Assembly (NCBI GenBank): GCA_045863855.1 | Contig: BTVV01000070.1 | Span: forward strand, 1-31,102 | Length of the DNA: 31,102 nt | DNA from: Planctomycetota bacterium | GTDB lineage: Bacteria; Planctomycetota; SZUA-567; H5-PLA8 | Direction: 5' to 3' | Part shown: one piece after another, positions 8,269 through 17,532 of the stretch | How positions within the stretch are numbered: the first letter of the stretch is position 1 | Layout of the letters: each line of letters opens with the position of its first letter | Made by a program: the position numbers and the translations under genes | Notes under the pieces: model-generated | Databases searched by the model: none | What the model was told of the DNA's origin: nothing | The model's input: the letters and a program-made list of their open reading frames with translations, nothing else

Positions 8269-10452
8269 ATGCGCCATGCCCTCAGAATCCTTGCGCTGAT
8301 CGGTTGGGCCGCCGCCGCCACGGTTGGAAGGGCCGAAACTTCCGCGCCCGAATCGGGCTATAAGGCCGAAAGCATTCCCGAGCGCAAGTTCCCGGCGATC
8401 GAAGCGGCGGGCAAACCGTACGCGACACCGGCCACCAATTGGGAAAAGCGCCCGGTGTTGTGGGGCTGGACCTGCGAACTGCCCAACGGAACGGGGCTCT
8501 CGTTCGGAGGTGTGCATCAGACCGCCGACGACGGCGCGCCGCCCACTTCGATTCTCGAAAACGGCCAGTGGAAATCCATTCGCGACGAACTGCGCAAAGC
8601 GCACGCGCTCCAGAAGCATGCCGACGCGGTGCGCGTCCTGCGCGGGAACTGCAAAGACGCGCTGGCCAAGGCGCGCCACTTGTACTTCGAGGGAAAGCCC
8701 GCCGAGGAAGAAGGCCGGCTCCTGGCGGCCCATGTCGATCCCGAGATCGCGCAACTGGCCGGGAATCTCGCCAAGCTGTCTGCCGAACTGCAAGGCCTCT
8801 CGAAGCTCGAAGCGTACGAAGCGGGGCAAGTCAAGGCAGCGCTTAAGCGGATCGAAGCCGCCGCCGGCATTCTTAAGCCGCTCGCGCCGCGGACCTCACC
8901 CGAAGCGCTCGCCGCCCTGCGCGGCGCGCAGATCGAATTGGAAGCCGCCGCCGAGTACCTGGGCGCCGAACCGCCGCCGCGCGCCCTCAGCCGCATCGCG
9001 TTCGATGCGCGCACCAAGTTGTTCGTGCTTTTCGGCGGGACGCATATGGATTACGAGACGAACGATCTGTGGGTCTTCGATCCCGCCAAACGGCGCTGGT
9101 TCCAGCGCCACCAGGAGATTGCGCCCGAACCGCGCTGCGATCACCTTTTCGAAGCGCTCGGCGACGGACGCATCGCGATGCACGGCGGATGTGCGTACGT
9201 ACCGGGCAAGCATTACATCCATATCGGTCCGGCGCGCTGGATTTACGACGTGGAGAAGAACACGTGGACCGCGGACGGACACCAGGAAAAGCCCGTGGCG
9301 TCGGGCACGCGCACCGCGCGCTACGCGCCGCCGGCGGGCCCCGAGCACTTCATGAAAGGCCCGCGCCCCGATGCTGCCGCGCACGAGGCCATGCTCAATG
9401 CGCTGCCTGTTAACACGCTGGTGCGCCTCGAAATTCCCGTGCCATTGGGCGGGCGCGACTGGGGCACGTGGCTGCACGATCCCGACCGCGACATGCTTTA
9501 CCTCTGGGCCGGCGGACACGCCAGCTACGCCGGCAGCGACGTCGCGCGCTTTCACCTCGCCACCGGGCGCTGGGAAATCACCGAGCCCGTCGAACTTCCG
9601 CTCGGTTGCTGCGGCACGAACGAACAGTATCCCAGCGGATTCAATTTCAACGGTCGACCCTGGGTCAAGAAGCACGTCTGGAATTCGCATGCGTACGACG
9701 CGGGACAGAAGAAAACGGTCATGGGCGGCGCCAACGATCAGACGCTCGATCCGTACTCCTATACCTACGATCCGGGCAAAGCCGATTGGACCGGGCGCAT
9801 TCGCATGCCCGAGGGTATGCCCAACGACGCCTACAACATGCAGATCCGATACACAAAGCTAGGCATCCTTTCGTGGAACGGACCTTATGTGCTGGACGCT
9901 CCGGCCAAGACCTGGAAAAAACTCGCGGTGAAGGGCGCGATGCCCGGCGGGGGCGTGGACAGCTCCGGTCTGGTGTACGACACCAAGCGCGACCGCATGA
10001 TCTTCGCCACGCTAAACGGCTACGGTAAACCCTTCGACGGCCAGCTTCACGCGCTGGACATGAATTCGTTGCAAGTCGCACCGCTCAATCCGCAAGGCAT
10101 GGACCCCAAGCGCAACTGGTCCATCTTCCTGCGCGAAGTGGCATATCTGCCCGATCACGATCTGTTCTTCTGGCCGCAGCGCTTCAAAGCGGAAGGCGTC
10201 GAAACTCCGGATCGCTACGTCGTTTACGATGCAACCCAGAACCGCTGGGTCACCGTCAAGCTGCCCGTTCGCGCGGGCGCTCCGCAGTTCAATACTTCGC
10301 CGGTCTGTTCCGGCATCGCCTACGACCGCAAGCGCGGGCTGATCTGGCTCGGCGATGCGAGTTGGAACGGCGCCGTCTGGGTCTTGCGCTTCGATCCGAA
10401 ATCGGCCGATATGCAACCCCTGCCTGCCGCCGCGCCGGCCGCCAAGCCCTGA
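8269..10452 (+). CDS. Exported Kelch-like beta-propeller protein with a helical insertion (~727 aa)
   Basis: AGGAG at 8257-8261 precedes ATG 8269. The signal peptide is MRHALRILALIGWAAAATVGRA. Kelch-like blades include FVLFGG...LWVFDPAKRRW, LYLWAGGH...RFHLATGRW and VVYDATQNRW. Confidence 0.8.
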   Translation: MRHALRILALIGWAAAATVGRAETSAPESGYKAESIPERKFPAIEAAGKPYATPATNWEKRPVLWGWTCELPNGTGLSFGGVHQTADDGAPPTSILENGQWKSIRDELRKAHALQKHADAVRVLRGNCKDALAKARHLYFEGKPAEEEGRLLAAHVDPEIAQLAGNLAKLSAELQGLSKLEAYEAGQVKAALKRIEAAAGILKPLAPRTSPEALAALRGAQIELEAAAEYLGAEPPPRALSRIAFDARTKLFVLFGGTHMDYETNDLWVFDPAKRRWFQRHQEIAPEPRCDHLFEALGDGRIAMHGGCAYVPGKHYIHIGPARWIYDVEKNTWTADGHQEKPVASGTRTARYAPPAGPEHFMKGPRPDAAAHEAMLNALPVNTLVRLEIPVPLGGRDWGTWLHDPDRDMLYLWAGGHASYAGSDVARFHLATGRWEITEPVELPLGCCGTNEQYPSGFNFNGRPWVKKHVWNSHAYDAGQKKTVMGGANDQTLDPYSYTYDPGKADWTGRIRMPEGMPNDAYNMQIRYTKLGILSWNGPYVLDAPAKTWKKLAVKGAMPGGGVDSSGLVYDTKRDRMIFATLNGYGKPFDGQLHALDMNSLQVAPLNPQGMDPKRNWSIFLREVAYLPDHDLFFWPQRFKAEGVETPDRYVVYDATQNRWVTVKLPVRAGAPQFNTSPVCSGIAYDRKRGLIWLGDASWNGAVWVLRFDPKSADMQPLPAAAPAAKP

Positions 10453-10469
10453 ATAATGAGGAGCACGCC

Positions 10470-13052
10470 ATGCGATTCCTGATCTGCTTGTTCGCTCTCT
10501 GCTGCGCATCCCTGGTAGCCGGGGAAGCGGCTTTCACGTCGGGGCCGGCGGTCGCGAAGACCGCCGAGGGCTGCACGGTCGAGTTCGCGCTCGCCAAGCA
10601 CACCGACCTTGAGGTCGCGATCCTGAATGCGAAGGACGAGCCGATTCGCCATCTGGCGGCCGGACTGCTGGGAGGCGAACGCGCGCCGCCGCCGCCGCTC
10701 AAGCCGGGTTTGCAGCAGAAGTTGAGCTGGGACGGGAAGGACGATTTCGGGAAGCCCGCGTCCGGCGGGCCGTTCAAGGTCCGTGTGCGCACCGGCACCG
10801 GCGTGAAGTTCGGGCGCTTCGTCGGCGGCGATCCGTGCCGGTTCGGCGCCGTCAACGGCATCGCCACCGATACCGCGGGCAATCTGTACGTTTCCGGCTT
10901 CCGTGGCGAAACGAACCAAAACATGTCCGTGGTGCGCGCCTTCGGGCCAGATGGCGGCTACTTGCGCACGCTGCTTCCGTTCCCCAGCGACCTGCCGCCG
11001 GAGAAATTGGCCGGCATCGCGAACTGGGACCCCGATCGCAAGGTCTGGATTCCGCGCAACCGCAACAGCTTGAATCCAACTTTCTATCCGTGGGGCACCG
11101 AAGAAGCGCAGATCGCCGCCGCCACCGCCGATGGCATCACGATGGTTTCGGGCTTCGATGTCTTTCGCTTCGACGCGCGCGGCGGATTCGTCGACGGTCC
11201 CAAGCCGATGTGGTCGAAGGAAGCCAAGCTTCCACTGCCCAAGTGGCTCGCCGTTCAAGTCGCCATGAGCCCCGATGGAAAGTTTCTCTATTACTCCAAC
11301 GTGGCCGGCACCAAATACCAGCCCAAGCATTTCAACGACACCGATCCCAAATGGCCACAGGGCCGCGTTTATCGCCAAGCCGCGGGCTCGAACAAGGACC
11401 CCGAGCCGTTTTACGACCTCGAACTGCCCGCTTGGGAGCCTGGGAAGTACTGGCTGCCCGACGCGTGGAACAAACGGACCGCCGCCTACGGCCTGTGTAC
11501 CGACGCGAAGGGCCACGTGTACGTATGCGATCTGGTCAACCAGGGGATCGTAGAGATCGATCCGCAGGGCAAGAAAGTGAGTTTCACGCCCGCGCCGTGG
11601 CCCGAACGCGTCCACGTGGACGAGAAATCCGGCGCCTACTACGTGATCGCGCGCCTGGAGGGCCCCAAGGACGGCTACGTGCCGAACAAATTGGTCAAGA
11701 TTGCCGGACGCGGTCCGGATGGAAAGATCGTCGCGGAACTGGCCTTGAAGGATCGCGGCCTCGGCGCAGCCAGTGCGCTGGGGCGCATGGACGGCAAACC
11801 CGCGCTTTGGATCGGCGGCGGCGGCGCGCTCGTTTGCGTGCGCGACGACGGCGCGGCGCTGACGCAGGTCGAAACCAAGTTCAAGCCCGATCCCGAATCG
11901 CAGGGCGATTACAATCGCCTTGCCGTCGACTGGGCGCGCGATCACGTCTACGTCAACACCGGCACCAACCGCGTCTGGCGCTACGACGGGCTCGCCGGCA
12001 CGGGCGAACTGCTCAAAGTCGGAGGCAAGGTATTCCACGCCACCGACCTTTCCGTCGGCTACGACGGGCTGCTCTACATTCGCAGCGGCGAAGGCTACAG
12101 CGGCCCGCTCGAACGCCGCACCCACACGCTGGAGCCGGCGCCTTATCCCGAACTGAACAGCCACGTGCTGACTCCGTACGTGTACAGCCGCATGGGCGTG
12201 GGTTTCAGCGAGCACGGCGTAGGCGTCGGCCCCGACGGCCGCTGCCTCTTCACATACATGTACGACTGGAACAAGTACTGCATCTCGGCCTTCGACGGCA
12301 AAGGCGCGCCGGTGGCGGGCGCGTACCTGAAGGGCAAGATCAACCTGCCCGATGCGAAAACCGGCAAGAAGCCGATGCCCGAGGGGCTCGACAGCGCGGT
12401 CGTCGGACCGCTGCCGATGTCCAACGGTGGCCTGCGCCTCGACCTGCAAGGGAACATCTATGTCGGGATGCGCTTGCGGCCCGAACAAGCCGGCGCGCCG
12501 CCCGGCTTCGAAAAAGACCCGGCTTACGAACATTGGGTCGGCTGCGTCGTGAAGTTCCCGCCCAGCGGCGGAACGATCCTAAATACCGAAACGAAGGACG
12601 ATCACCCCGAAGCGAGCGGCGAAAAACTGCCCATGAAATGGGCCACGCACAAGATGGAAGTCGTCGGCGCGCTCAAGGTCTACTCGGGCGTCGGATCGTT
12701 CAGCGGGAGCGGGTGGGGCGGCAACGGCTCATGTTGCGTTTGCCGCGTGCCGCGCTTCGACCTCGACCGCTACGGACGCCTGGCGCTGCCCAACGTAGTC
12801 ACCAACACCGTCGAACTGCTCGACAACGCCGGCAACCTGATCCTGAGTTTCGGAGCCTATGGCAATTTCGATTCGCGTTACGAACCCGCTCCGGGTGCGA
12901 AACCGATCGTCGCGAGTCCGGACATTCCGTTGGGCTGGCCCACCTGCACGGGTCTCTCCGCAAAGTACCTTTACGTGAACGACACGTACAATCGGCGCGT
13001 GGTGCGCGTCGATTTCACCTATACGTCCGAGACGGTTCAGCCCGTGAAGTAG
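10470..13052 (+). CDS. Exported protein: FlgD-Ig-like N-terminal domain plus NHL/SMP-30-like beta-propellers (~860 aa)
   Basis: GAGGAG precedes ATG 10470. The signal peptide is MRFLICLFALCCASLVAG. The FlgD-like segment is VAILNAKDEPIRHL...LSWDGKDDFGKP. NHL-like blades include GIATDTAGNLYV, GLCTDAKGHVYVCD, LRLDLQGNIYV and LYVNDTYNRRVVRV. Confidence 0.82.
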   Translation: MRFLICLFALCCASLVAGEAAFTSGPAVAKTAEGCTVEFALAKHTDLEVAILNAKDEPIRHLAAGLLGGERAPPPPLKPGLQQKLSWDGKDDFGKPASGGPFKVRVRTGTGVKFGRFVGGDPCRFGAVNGIATDTAGNLYVSGFRGETNQNMSVVRAFGPDGGYLRTLLPFPSDLPPEKLAGIANWDPDRKVWIPRNRNSLNPTFYPWGTEEAQIAAATADGITMVSGFDVFRFDARGGFVDGPKPMWSKEAKLPLPKWLAVQVAMSPDGKFLYYSNVAGTKYQPKHFNDTDPKWPQGRVYRQAAGSNKDPEPFYDLELPAWEPGKYWLPDAWNKRTAAYGLCTDAKGHVYVCDLVNQGIVEIDPQGKKVSFTPAPWPERVHVDEKSGAYYVIARLEGPKDGYVPNKLVKIAGRGPDGKIVAELALKDRGLGAASALGRMDGKPALWIGGGGALVCVRDDGAALTQVETKFKPDPESQGDYNRLAVDWARDHVYVNTGTNRVWRYDGLAGTGELLKVGGKVFHATDLSVGYDGLLYIRSGEGYSGPLERRTHTLEPAPYPELNSHVLTPYVYSRMGVGFSEHGVGVGPDGRCLFTYMYDWNKYCISAFDGKGAPVAGAYLKGKINLPDAKTGKKPMPEGLDSAVVGPLPMSNGGLRLDLQGNIYVGMRLRPEQAGAPPGFEKDPAYEHWVGCVVKFPPSGGTILNTETKDDHPEASGEKLPMKWATHKMEVVGALKVYSGVGSFSGSGWGGNGSCCVCRVPRFDLDRYGRLALPNVVTNTVELLDNAGNLILSFGAYGNFDSRYEPAPGAKPIVASPDIPLGWPTCTGLSAKYLYVNDTYNRRVVRVDFTYTSETVQPVK

Positions 13053-13081
13053 CGGCAACTTTCGAACGGAGGGCGAGTGCC

Positions 13082-14098
13082 ATGAGTATACGGCGTGCGG
13101 CTTCAGTCGTGATTTTGAGCATGGCGGTGGCTATGGCGGCCACGGCTTCGGAACGCGCTCCCAGTCCGGGAACATCGGCCGTGGCTCTCGCCGCCGCTTC
13201 GCTCAAGCCCGGAGCCTGGGTCGAGTTGAAGACCGAAGGCTTCACCAAGGAACTCACCAAGACGTCGAAGAGCTATTCGATCTTCGGCTGGAGCGACGAC
13301 GGAGCTTGGGATCCGCAAAGCGGGCAGTTTCTCTTCATGGGATTCCGTCAGGAGTACAAGTTCATCGCGCTGTCCGAATTTACGAGTGCTTGGCGCACTT
13401 ATCCGGCACCTGAAGTGAAGCAGACTTTCGGGCACCCTTACGGCAATAACGCCATCGATCCCGAAAACGGCCTGTACTACCACCTCGAATGCGGCACCCC
13501 TCAGGTTCGCGCATTCGATACCCGCAAGGAAACGTGGACGCTGCTCCCGCCCTGCCCGTTCCCATGCGTGGGCTTGGCCTTGAGCATCGAGTATTTCCCG
13601 GAAGCGAAGGCTTTAATTTTCCTCCATCACCAGAAGGCCTACGCCTACGAACCCGCGGTTGGAAAGTGGCGGGAGTTTGCCAAAGGCATTCCCGTGGGCA
13701 CCGACCACGTGCTCTTTCACTACAATACGAAGCATCGTTGCCTGCTGTTGCTGGGCGGCAACGGGCAAAAAAATAAAGTCGCCGTTATCGATGCCCAGGG
13801 CCAGATTACGGCCAAGAAAGACGCGCCCGTAGAGATGAGCATGGTCGCCGCCTACAACGCCGCGATCGAGGACCCCGTCAGCGGCGACGTTCTGGTGCTT
13901 TCGACCAAGGACGATTGCTACGCATACGATCTGGCCGGTGACATCTGGCGGCGCATGGGCAAGACCGCCGAGGTAACCCCGCTGCGCACCAACTGCGTGG
14001 TCGGCGCTCCGATCGCGAAATACGGCGTCAGTATTTGGGTCGAAGGCTATGCGGATTCGGCACGGCACGTCTGGCTGTATAAGCACGCGCGCCCGTAA
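13082..14098 (+). CDS. Exported Kelch-like beta-propeller protein (~338 aa)
   Basis: This is the 3' part of track ORF 10835..14098. GGAGG precedes ATG 13082. The signal peptide is MSIRRAASVVILSMAVAMAATA. Blades include AFDTRKETWTLLP, AYEPAVGKW, LLLLGG and YAYDLAGDIW. Confidence 0.78.
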   Translation: MSIRRAASVVILSMAVAMAATASERAPSPGTSAVALAAASLKPGAWVELKTEGFTKELTKTSKSYSIFGWSDDGAWDPQSGQFLFMGFRQEYKFIALSEFTSAWRTYPAPEVKQTFGHPYGNNAIDPENGLYYHLECGTPQVRAFDTRKETWTLLPPCPFPCVGLALSIEYFPEAKALIFLHHQKAYAYEPAVGKWREFAKGIPVGTDHVLFHYNTKHRCLLLLGGNGQKNKVAVIDAQGQITAKKDAPVEMSMVAAYNAAIEDPVSGDVLVLSTKDDCYAYDLAGDIWRRMGKTAEVTPLRTNCVVGAPIAKYGVSIWVEGYADSARHVWLYKHARP

Positions 14099-14109
14099 GT
14101 TCCGAAACT

Positions 14110-14841
14110 TCAGCGCGCCCAGTGCGAGCCGGGTTTGTAGGGACGGATGGCGCGAGGCGGGCCGAGAATCTCCATTGCCATGATGGCTTGCGCGGTCAAG
14201 ACCGCGCGGTCTTCGCCGCGAGCACGGTGGAACTCGCGGATCCATGGCCTGACCTGCAGCGCCGGCGAAACAATGTCGCGCCGCGGGTCGACGTACGCTT
14301 GGGCTGGATTAGTTTGATTTTGCTTGTTTTGAAGCGCGGGCTGCGAGCGAACGGGCGAAACGCTCGCCTGCTGCCGCTTGCGGCGCTTGGCCGTGCGGCG
14401 CTTGGCGTCCGACGTATCGGCAGAAGCGACCGTGGGCGGCTTCGCGCTGAGGTCTGTGACTTTTTCGACCGGGCGTATCGCTTGCACCGGCTTGATGGTA
14501 GAAGCCGGAGACTGCGGCATGACCATCACCGGCGCCGCTCGCTCGGGTTCGGGCGCGCGCACCACCGGTTGCGGCGTAGGCACGGCCGGTCGCGGCGGCG
14601 GAGCGGGGGCGACTTCCTCGCGCGGCGCGGCGGGGCGCGAACCGCCTTGCTGCTGCCGCGCTTCTTCCAGCAACTCCGCCAGCGTTTTCGGCCGCGTGCC
14701 GGCTGGCGGATTGCGGCCATCGCCGTAATCGTACGGTCCGCGGCCGCCACCCTCGGTCCGGTTGGAACGCGGGCCCATTTGCGAAGGCGGCTCTTGCGCA
14801 TTCGAGAGCGCCTTCACAAGCCAGATGATGAGTTCGATCAC
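14110..14841 (-). CDS. YqfB-like protein downstream of floA (short hydrophobic N-terminus, Pro-rich linker)
   Basis: The GTG start follows GAAGGA. The C-terminal AIMAMEILGPPRAIRPY resembles the conserved EILGPP motif of proteins encoded after floA/yqfA. Its position is directly after floA. Confidence 0.65.
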   Translation of the reverse strand: MIELIIWLVKALSNAQEPPSQMGPRSNRTEGGGRGPYDYGDGRNPPAGTRPKTLAELLEEARQQQGGSRPAAPREEVAPAPPPRPAVPTPQPVVRAPEPERAAPVMVMPQSPASTIKPVQAIRPVEKVTDLSAKPPTVASADTSDAKRRTAKRRKRQQASVSPVRSQPALQNKQNQTNPAQAYVDPRRDIVSPALQVRPWIREFHRARGEDRAVLTAQAIMAMEILGPPRAIRPYKPGSHWAR

Positions 14842-14874
14842 GGCATTCCTTCCGCGTAACGGCCAGACCGCCGA

Positions 14875-16041
14875 TTAGAACGTGTCCGTCTTACCGCCGC
14901 CCAACTGTTCCCGCATGTTTGTGTCGGCCTGAATGTTCTTCAGATTGTAAAAATCCATCACGCCCATCTTCCCGGTGCGCAGCGCTTCGGCCAGCGCCTT
15001 CGGAATCTCGGCCTCGGCCAGCACCACCAGCGCGCGGTTCTCTTCGACCGTGGCTTTCATTTCCTGTTCTTTGGCGCGGGCCATCGCGGCGCGCCGTTCG
15101 GCTTCGGCCTGCGCCATCTGCAAGTCGGCATGCGCCTGGGCCGTGCGTAGGTTCGCGCCGATGTTCTCGCCCACGTCCACGTCCGCGATGTCGATCGAGA
15201 CGATCTCGAACGCCGTGTTCGCGTCCAGCGCCTTGTTCAGCACCGCCTTGGAAATGCGGTCGGGATTCTCGAGCACCATCTTGTGGCTGTCGGCCGAACC
15301 GATGGCCGAGACGATGCCTTCGCCGACGCGCGCGATAATCGTTTCTTCCGTCGCGCCGCCCAGGAACTGCTCCAGCTTCGTGCGCACCGTCACGCGCGCG
15401 CGCACCTTAAGCTGAATGCCGTCCTTCGCCACGGCATCGATCGTCACGCGGCCCTGGCGCGGATTCGGGCAGTCGATCACGCGCGGATTCACCGAGGTGC
15501 TTACCGCGTCGGTCACGCTCTTGCCTTCCGTGCGCAGCGTCGCCAGGTCGATCGCGCAGGCCTTCGAGAAACTCAAGTCGATCTGGCTGCGTCGCGCCGC
15601 GATCAGCCCTTCGATCACGCCCTGCACGCGCCCGCCTGCCAGGACGTGGCTGGCCAGGCACTGGAAGAGGTACGCGTCACGGTCGCGCTTGTTCATCTGG
15701 CTGGTCGTGTCGTCTTCGTCGCGGCGGATGTCCAGGCCGCCCTGGTGCGCCGTGATCAGCGCGCGCAGCAGTTCTTCAACGCGCCCGCCCGCCAGGAAGT
15801 GCGCTTCCCACAGGTCGGCCGGTAGATCCATACCCGCCTTCTTGGATGCGATGCGCGCGCGCACGATCAACTGCAACGGCACCCGCCGCAGGCGCATCGC
15901 CAGCATGTCGAAGATGCTGATAGGCGCGCCCGAGAGCTGCGTCTGCACCCACAGCATCCCAAAATTCCACAGGATGCTAAGCACCACCAGCAGGAATATG
16001 ACCGCTACGATGATGATCAGAATAAAGAAATTCTTGTCCAT
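14875..16041 (-). CDS. floA: Flotillin-like protein FloA (YqfA, SPFH family), 388 aa
   Basis: It has an N-terminal TM segment and the motifs [86 protein letters not shown] and [15 protein letters not shown]. Confidence 0.95.
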   Translation of the reverse strand: MDKNFFILIIIVAVIFLLVVLSILWNFGMLWVQTQLSGAPISIFDMLAMRLRRVPLQLIVRARIASKKAGMDLPADLWEAHFLAGGRVEELLRALITAHQGGLDIRRDEDDTTSQMNKRDRDAYLFQCLASHVLAGGRVQGVIEGLIAARRSQIDLSFSKACAIDLATLRTEGKSVTDAVSTSVNPRVIDCPNPRQGRVTIDAVAKDGIQLKVRARVTVRTKLEQFLGGATEETIIARVGEGIVSAIGSADSHKMVLENPDRISKAVLNKALDANTAFEIVSIDIADVDVGENIGANLRTAQAHADLQMAQAEAERRAAMARAKEQEMKATVEENRALVVLAEAEIPKALAEALRTGKMGVMDFYNLKNIQADTNMREQLGGGKTDTF

Positions 16042-16110
16042 GCCTTTGCTGCCTCCTTGTGCGCGCGGCGCGGTATTACGCTTTGTTCAAGCCTTCTTTC
16101 GTGCCGGCGC

Positions 16111-16809
16111 TTAAAAAGTGATTTTCTCGCCGGGGCTCATCACTTTGCACTTCGCTCCGTGCTTCTCCACGTGAAACGCGAAATTCAGCGGATCGGCTTT
16201 GATGATCTCGAACGTATTGTAGTGCATCGGCACGTACGTCTTCGCCTTAAGCCACTCCGCGGCCTTGTTCGCATCGGCCACGCCCATCGTGAAGTTGTCC
16301 CCGATCGGCAGGCACGCTACATCCAGATCGTAGTCTTCGGCGAGCAGCTTCATGTCGCCGTACAGCGCCGTATCGCCCGCGTGGTAAAGCGTCTTCGTTT
16401 TGCCCCACTGGACCACGTAACCCACCGGCGTGTTGGGCGGCGGCACCGAACCGTCTTCGCGCGGATCCGCTCCGCAACCGTGGAAGGCCAGCGTCGCCTT
16501 GACCCGTCCAAAGGGGAATTCGTATCCGCCGCCCGCGCCCAGCGGATGCACCTTCAATCCGCGCTTCTTCAACCACATCGCCAGTTCCCACGTCGCGATT
16601 ACCGTCGCATCGTGCTTCTTGGCCAGAAATTCGGTATCGCCCAGATGGTCGGCGTGCCCGTGGGTCACCAGGATGTAATGACAGGCCCGAATCTCCTCGA
16701 CCTTGCTCGGACAGACCGGGTTCCCGGTAATGAACGGGTCTATAAAAACAGTATGCTTCTCGTCTTGGATGCGAAAGGCGCTATGGCCGTAGTATTTAAG
16801 CGTCGGCAT
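16111..16809 (-). CDS. UPF0173 metal-dependent hydrolase (metallo-beta-lactamase fold, YtkL-like)
   Basis: Motifs are YYGHSAF, IDPFITGNP, THGHADHLGD, YHAGDT, LPIGDNFTMG and PMHYNTF. Confidence 0.93.
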   Translation of the reverse strand: MPTLKYYGHSAFRIQDEKHTVFIDPFITGNPVCPSKVEEIRACHYILVTHGHADHLGDTEFLAKKHDATVIATWELAMWLKKRGLKVHPLGAGGGYEFPFGRVKATLAFHGCGADPREDGSVPPPNTPVGYVVQWGKTKTLYHAGDTALYGDMKLLAEDYDLDVACLPIGDNFTMGVADANKAAEWLKAKTYVPMHYNTFEIIKADPLNFAFHVEKHGAKCKVMSPGEKITF

Positions 16810-16841
16810 GGGCGACCCTCGAACGATTGGCGTTGCACCTT

Positions 16842-16870
16842 ATTATTCAGGACCGGGGGATGCTTTGCAA
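16842..16870 (-). promoter_or_regulatory. Candidate sigma70-type promoter for the hydrolase-floA-yqfB operon
   Basis: The minus strand reads TTGCAA-17 nt-AATAAT, about 30 nt upstream of ATG 16809. Confidence 0.5.
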
Positions 16871-16940
16871 TGGCGGTCAGGACTAGGCGTTTCGCGCTGC
16901 CATTGCGCGCACCGGCCGGAAGGCCGTAAGCTCCACCTTT

Positions 16941-17525
16941 ATGACCTGCTCCCTGTTTATTTACGCGGCCCTGCTGGCCTGCTTCGATCTGTACCTCTTG
17001 GTTCAGATCGGACGCGAATTCGGTCTCGCGCCGGCCTTGGCCATAGCCTTTCTGCCCAGCGTCCTGGGCGGCGGCATCGCGCAGCGCCAGCGCGCACGCG
17101 TCTGGAGCCGCATGCAGGACGACCTCAAAGCCGGCCGCCCGCTCGATCAGAGCCTCACCGAAGGCATCGTCGCTATGGCGGCGGGGGTGCTTCTGGTGAT
17201 TCCAGGACCGGTAAGCACCGTGTTAGGACTGTTGCTCCTGATCCCCGGTCTGCGCCGCCTGGCCGCTCGATCCCTCCAACGCCGCATGGGTGCGCGGCTG
17301 GCGCAAGGCCGCACGGTGCCCGGCGCCGTGGACGCCACCTTCCGCACCGTCGATGCGGATTCGTCCGAAGCATCTCAGCCCTTCGCCGGCGGCTACGTAA
17401 AGGTGGTTCGCCTGGACGGTGCGGGGCCGGCTTCCGGCGGCGGCATTAAGGAAGCGCAAGGAAGGACGCTGGACGACGACGAAGAAGCGCCGCCGGCCTT
17501 GCCCGCCGAGGATCCTAAAGGATGA
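16941..17525 (+). CDS. fxsA: FxsA family inner-membrane protein
   Basis: Its hydrophobic segments follow the FxsA pattern DLYLLVQIG...G....RQ...AGVLLVIPGPVSTVLGLLLLIPGLRR. The C-terminal tail is acidic. Confidence 0.85.
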   Translation: MTCSLFIYAALLACFDLYLLVQIGREFGLAPALAIAFLPSVLGGGIAQRQRARVWSRMQDDLKAGRPLDQSLTEGIVAMAAGVLLVIPGPVSTVLGLLLLIPGLRRLAARSLQRRMGARLAQGRTVPGAVDATFRTVDADSSEASQPFAGGYVKVVRLDGAGPASGGGIKEAQGRTLDDDEEAPPALPAEDPKG

Positions 17526-17532
17526 ACTCTCG

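Noticed and set aside
10320..12533. 737-aa antisense ORF, and similar long antisense ORFs elsewhere (6962-8197, 21492-22913, 1406-2632)
   Set aside because: These are shadow ORFs opposite well-supported genes. Stop codons are scarce in GC-rich codon-biased DNA, and they carry no recognisable motifs.
10835..13081. First ~750 codons of the 1087-aa track ORF (possible overlapping gene or frameshift fusion)
   Set aside because: This is an Arg/Gly-rich off-frame read of the 10470-13052 gene, typical of high-GC DNA. The real gene starts at 13082 with its own RBS and signal peptide.
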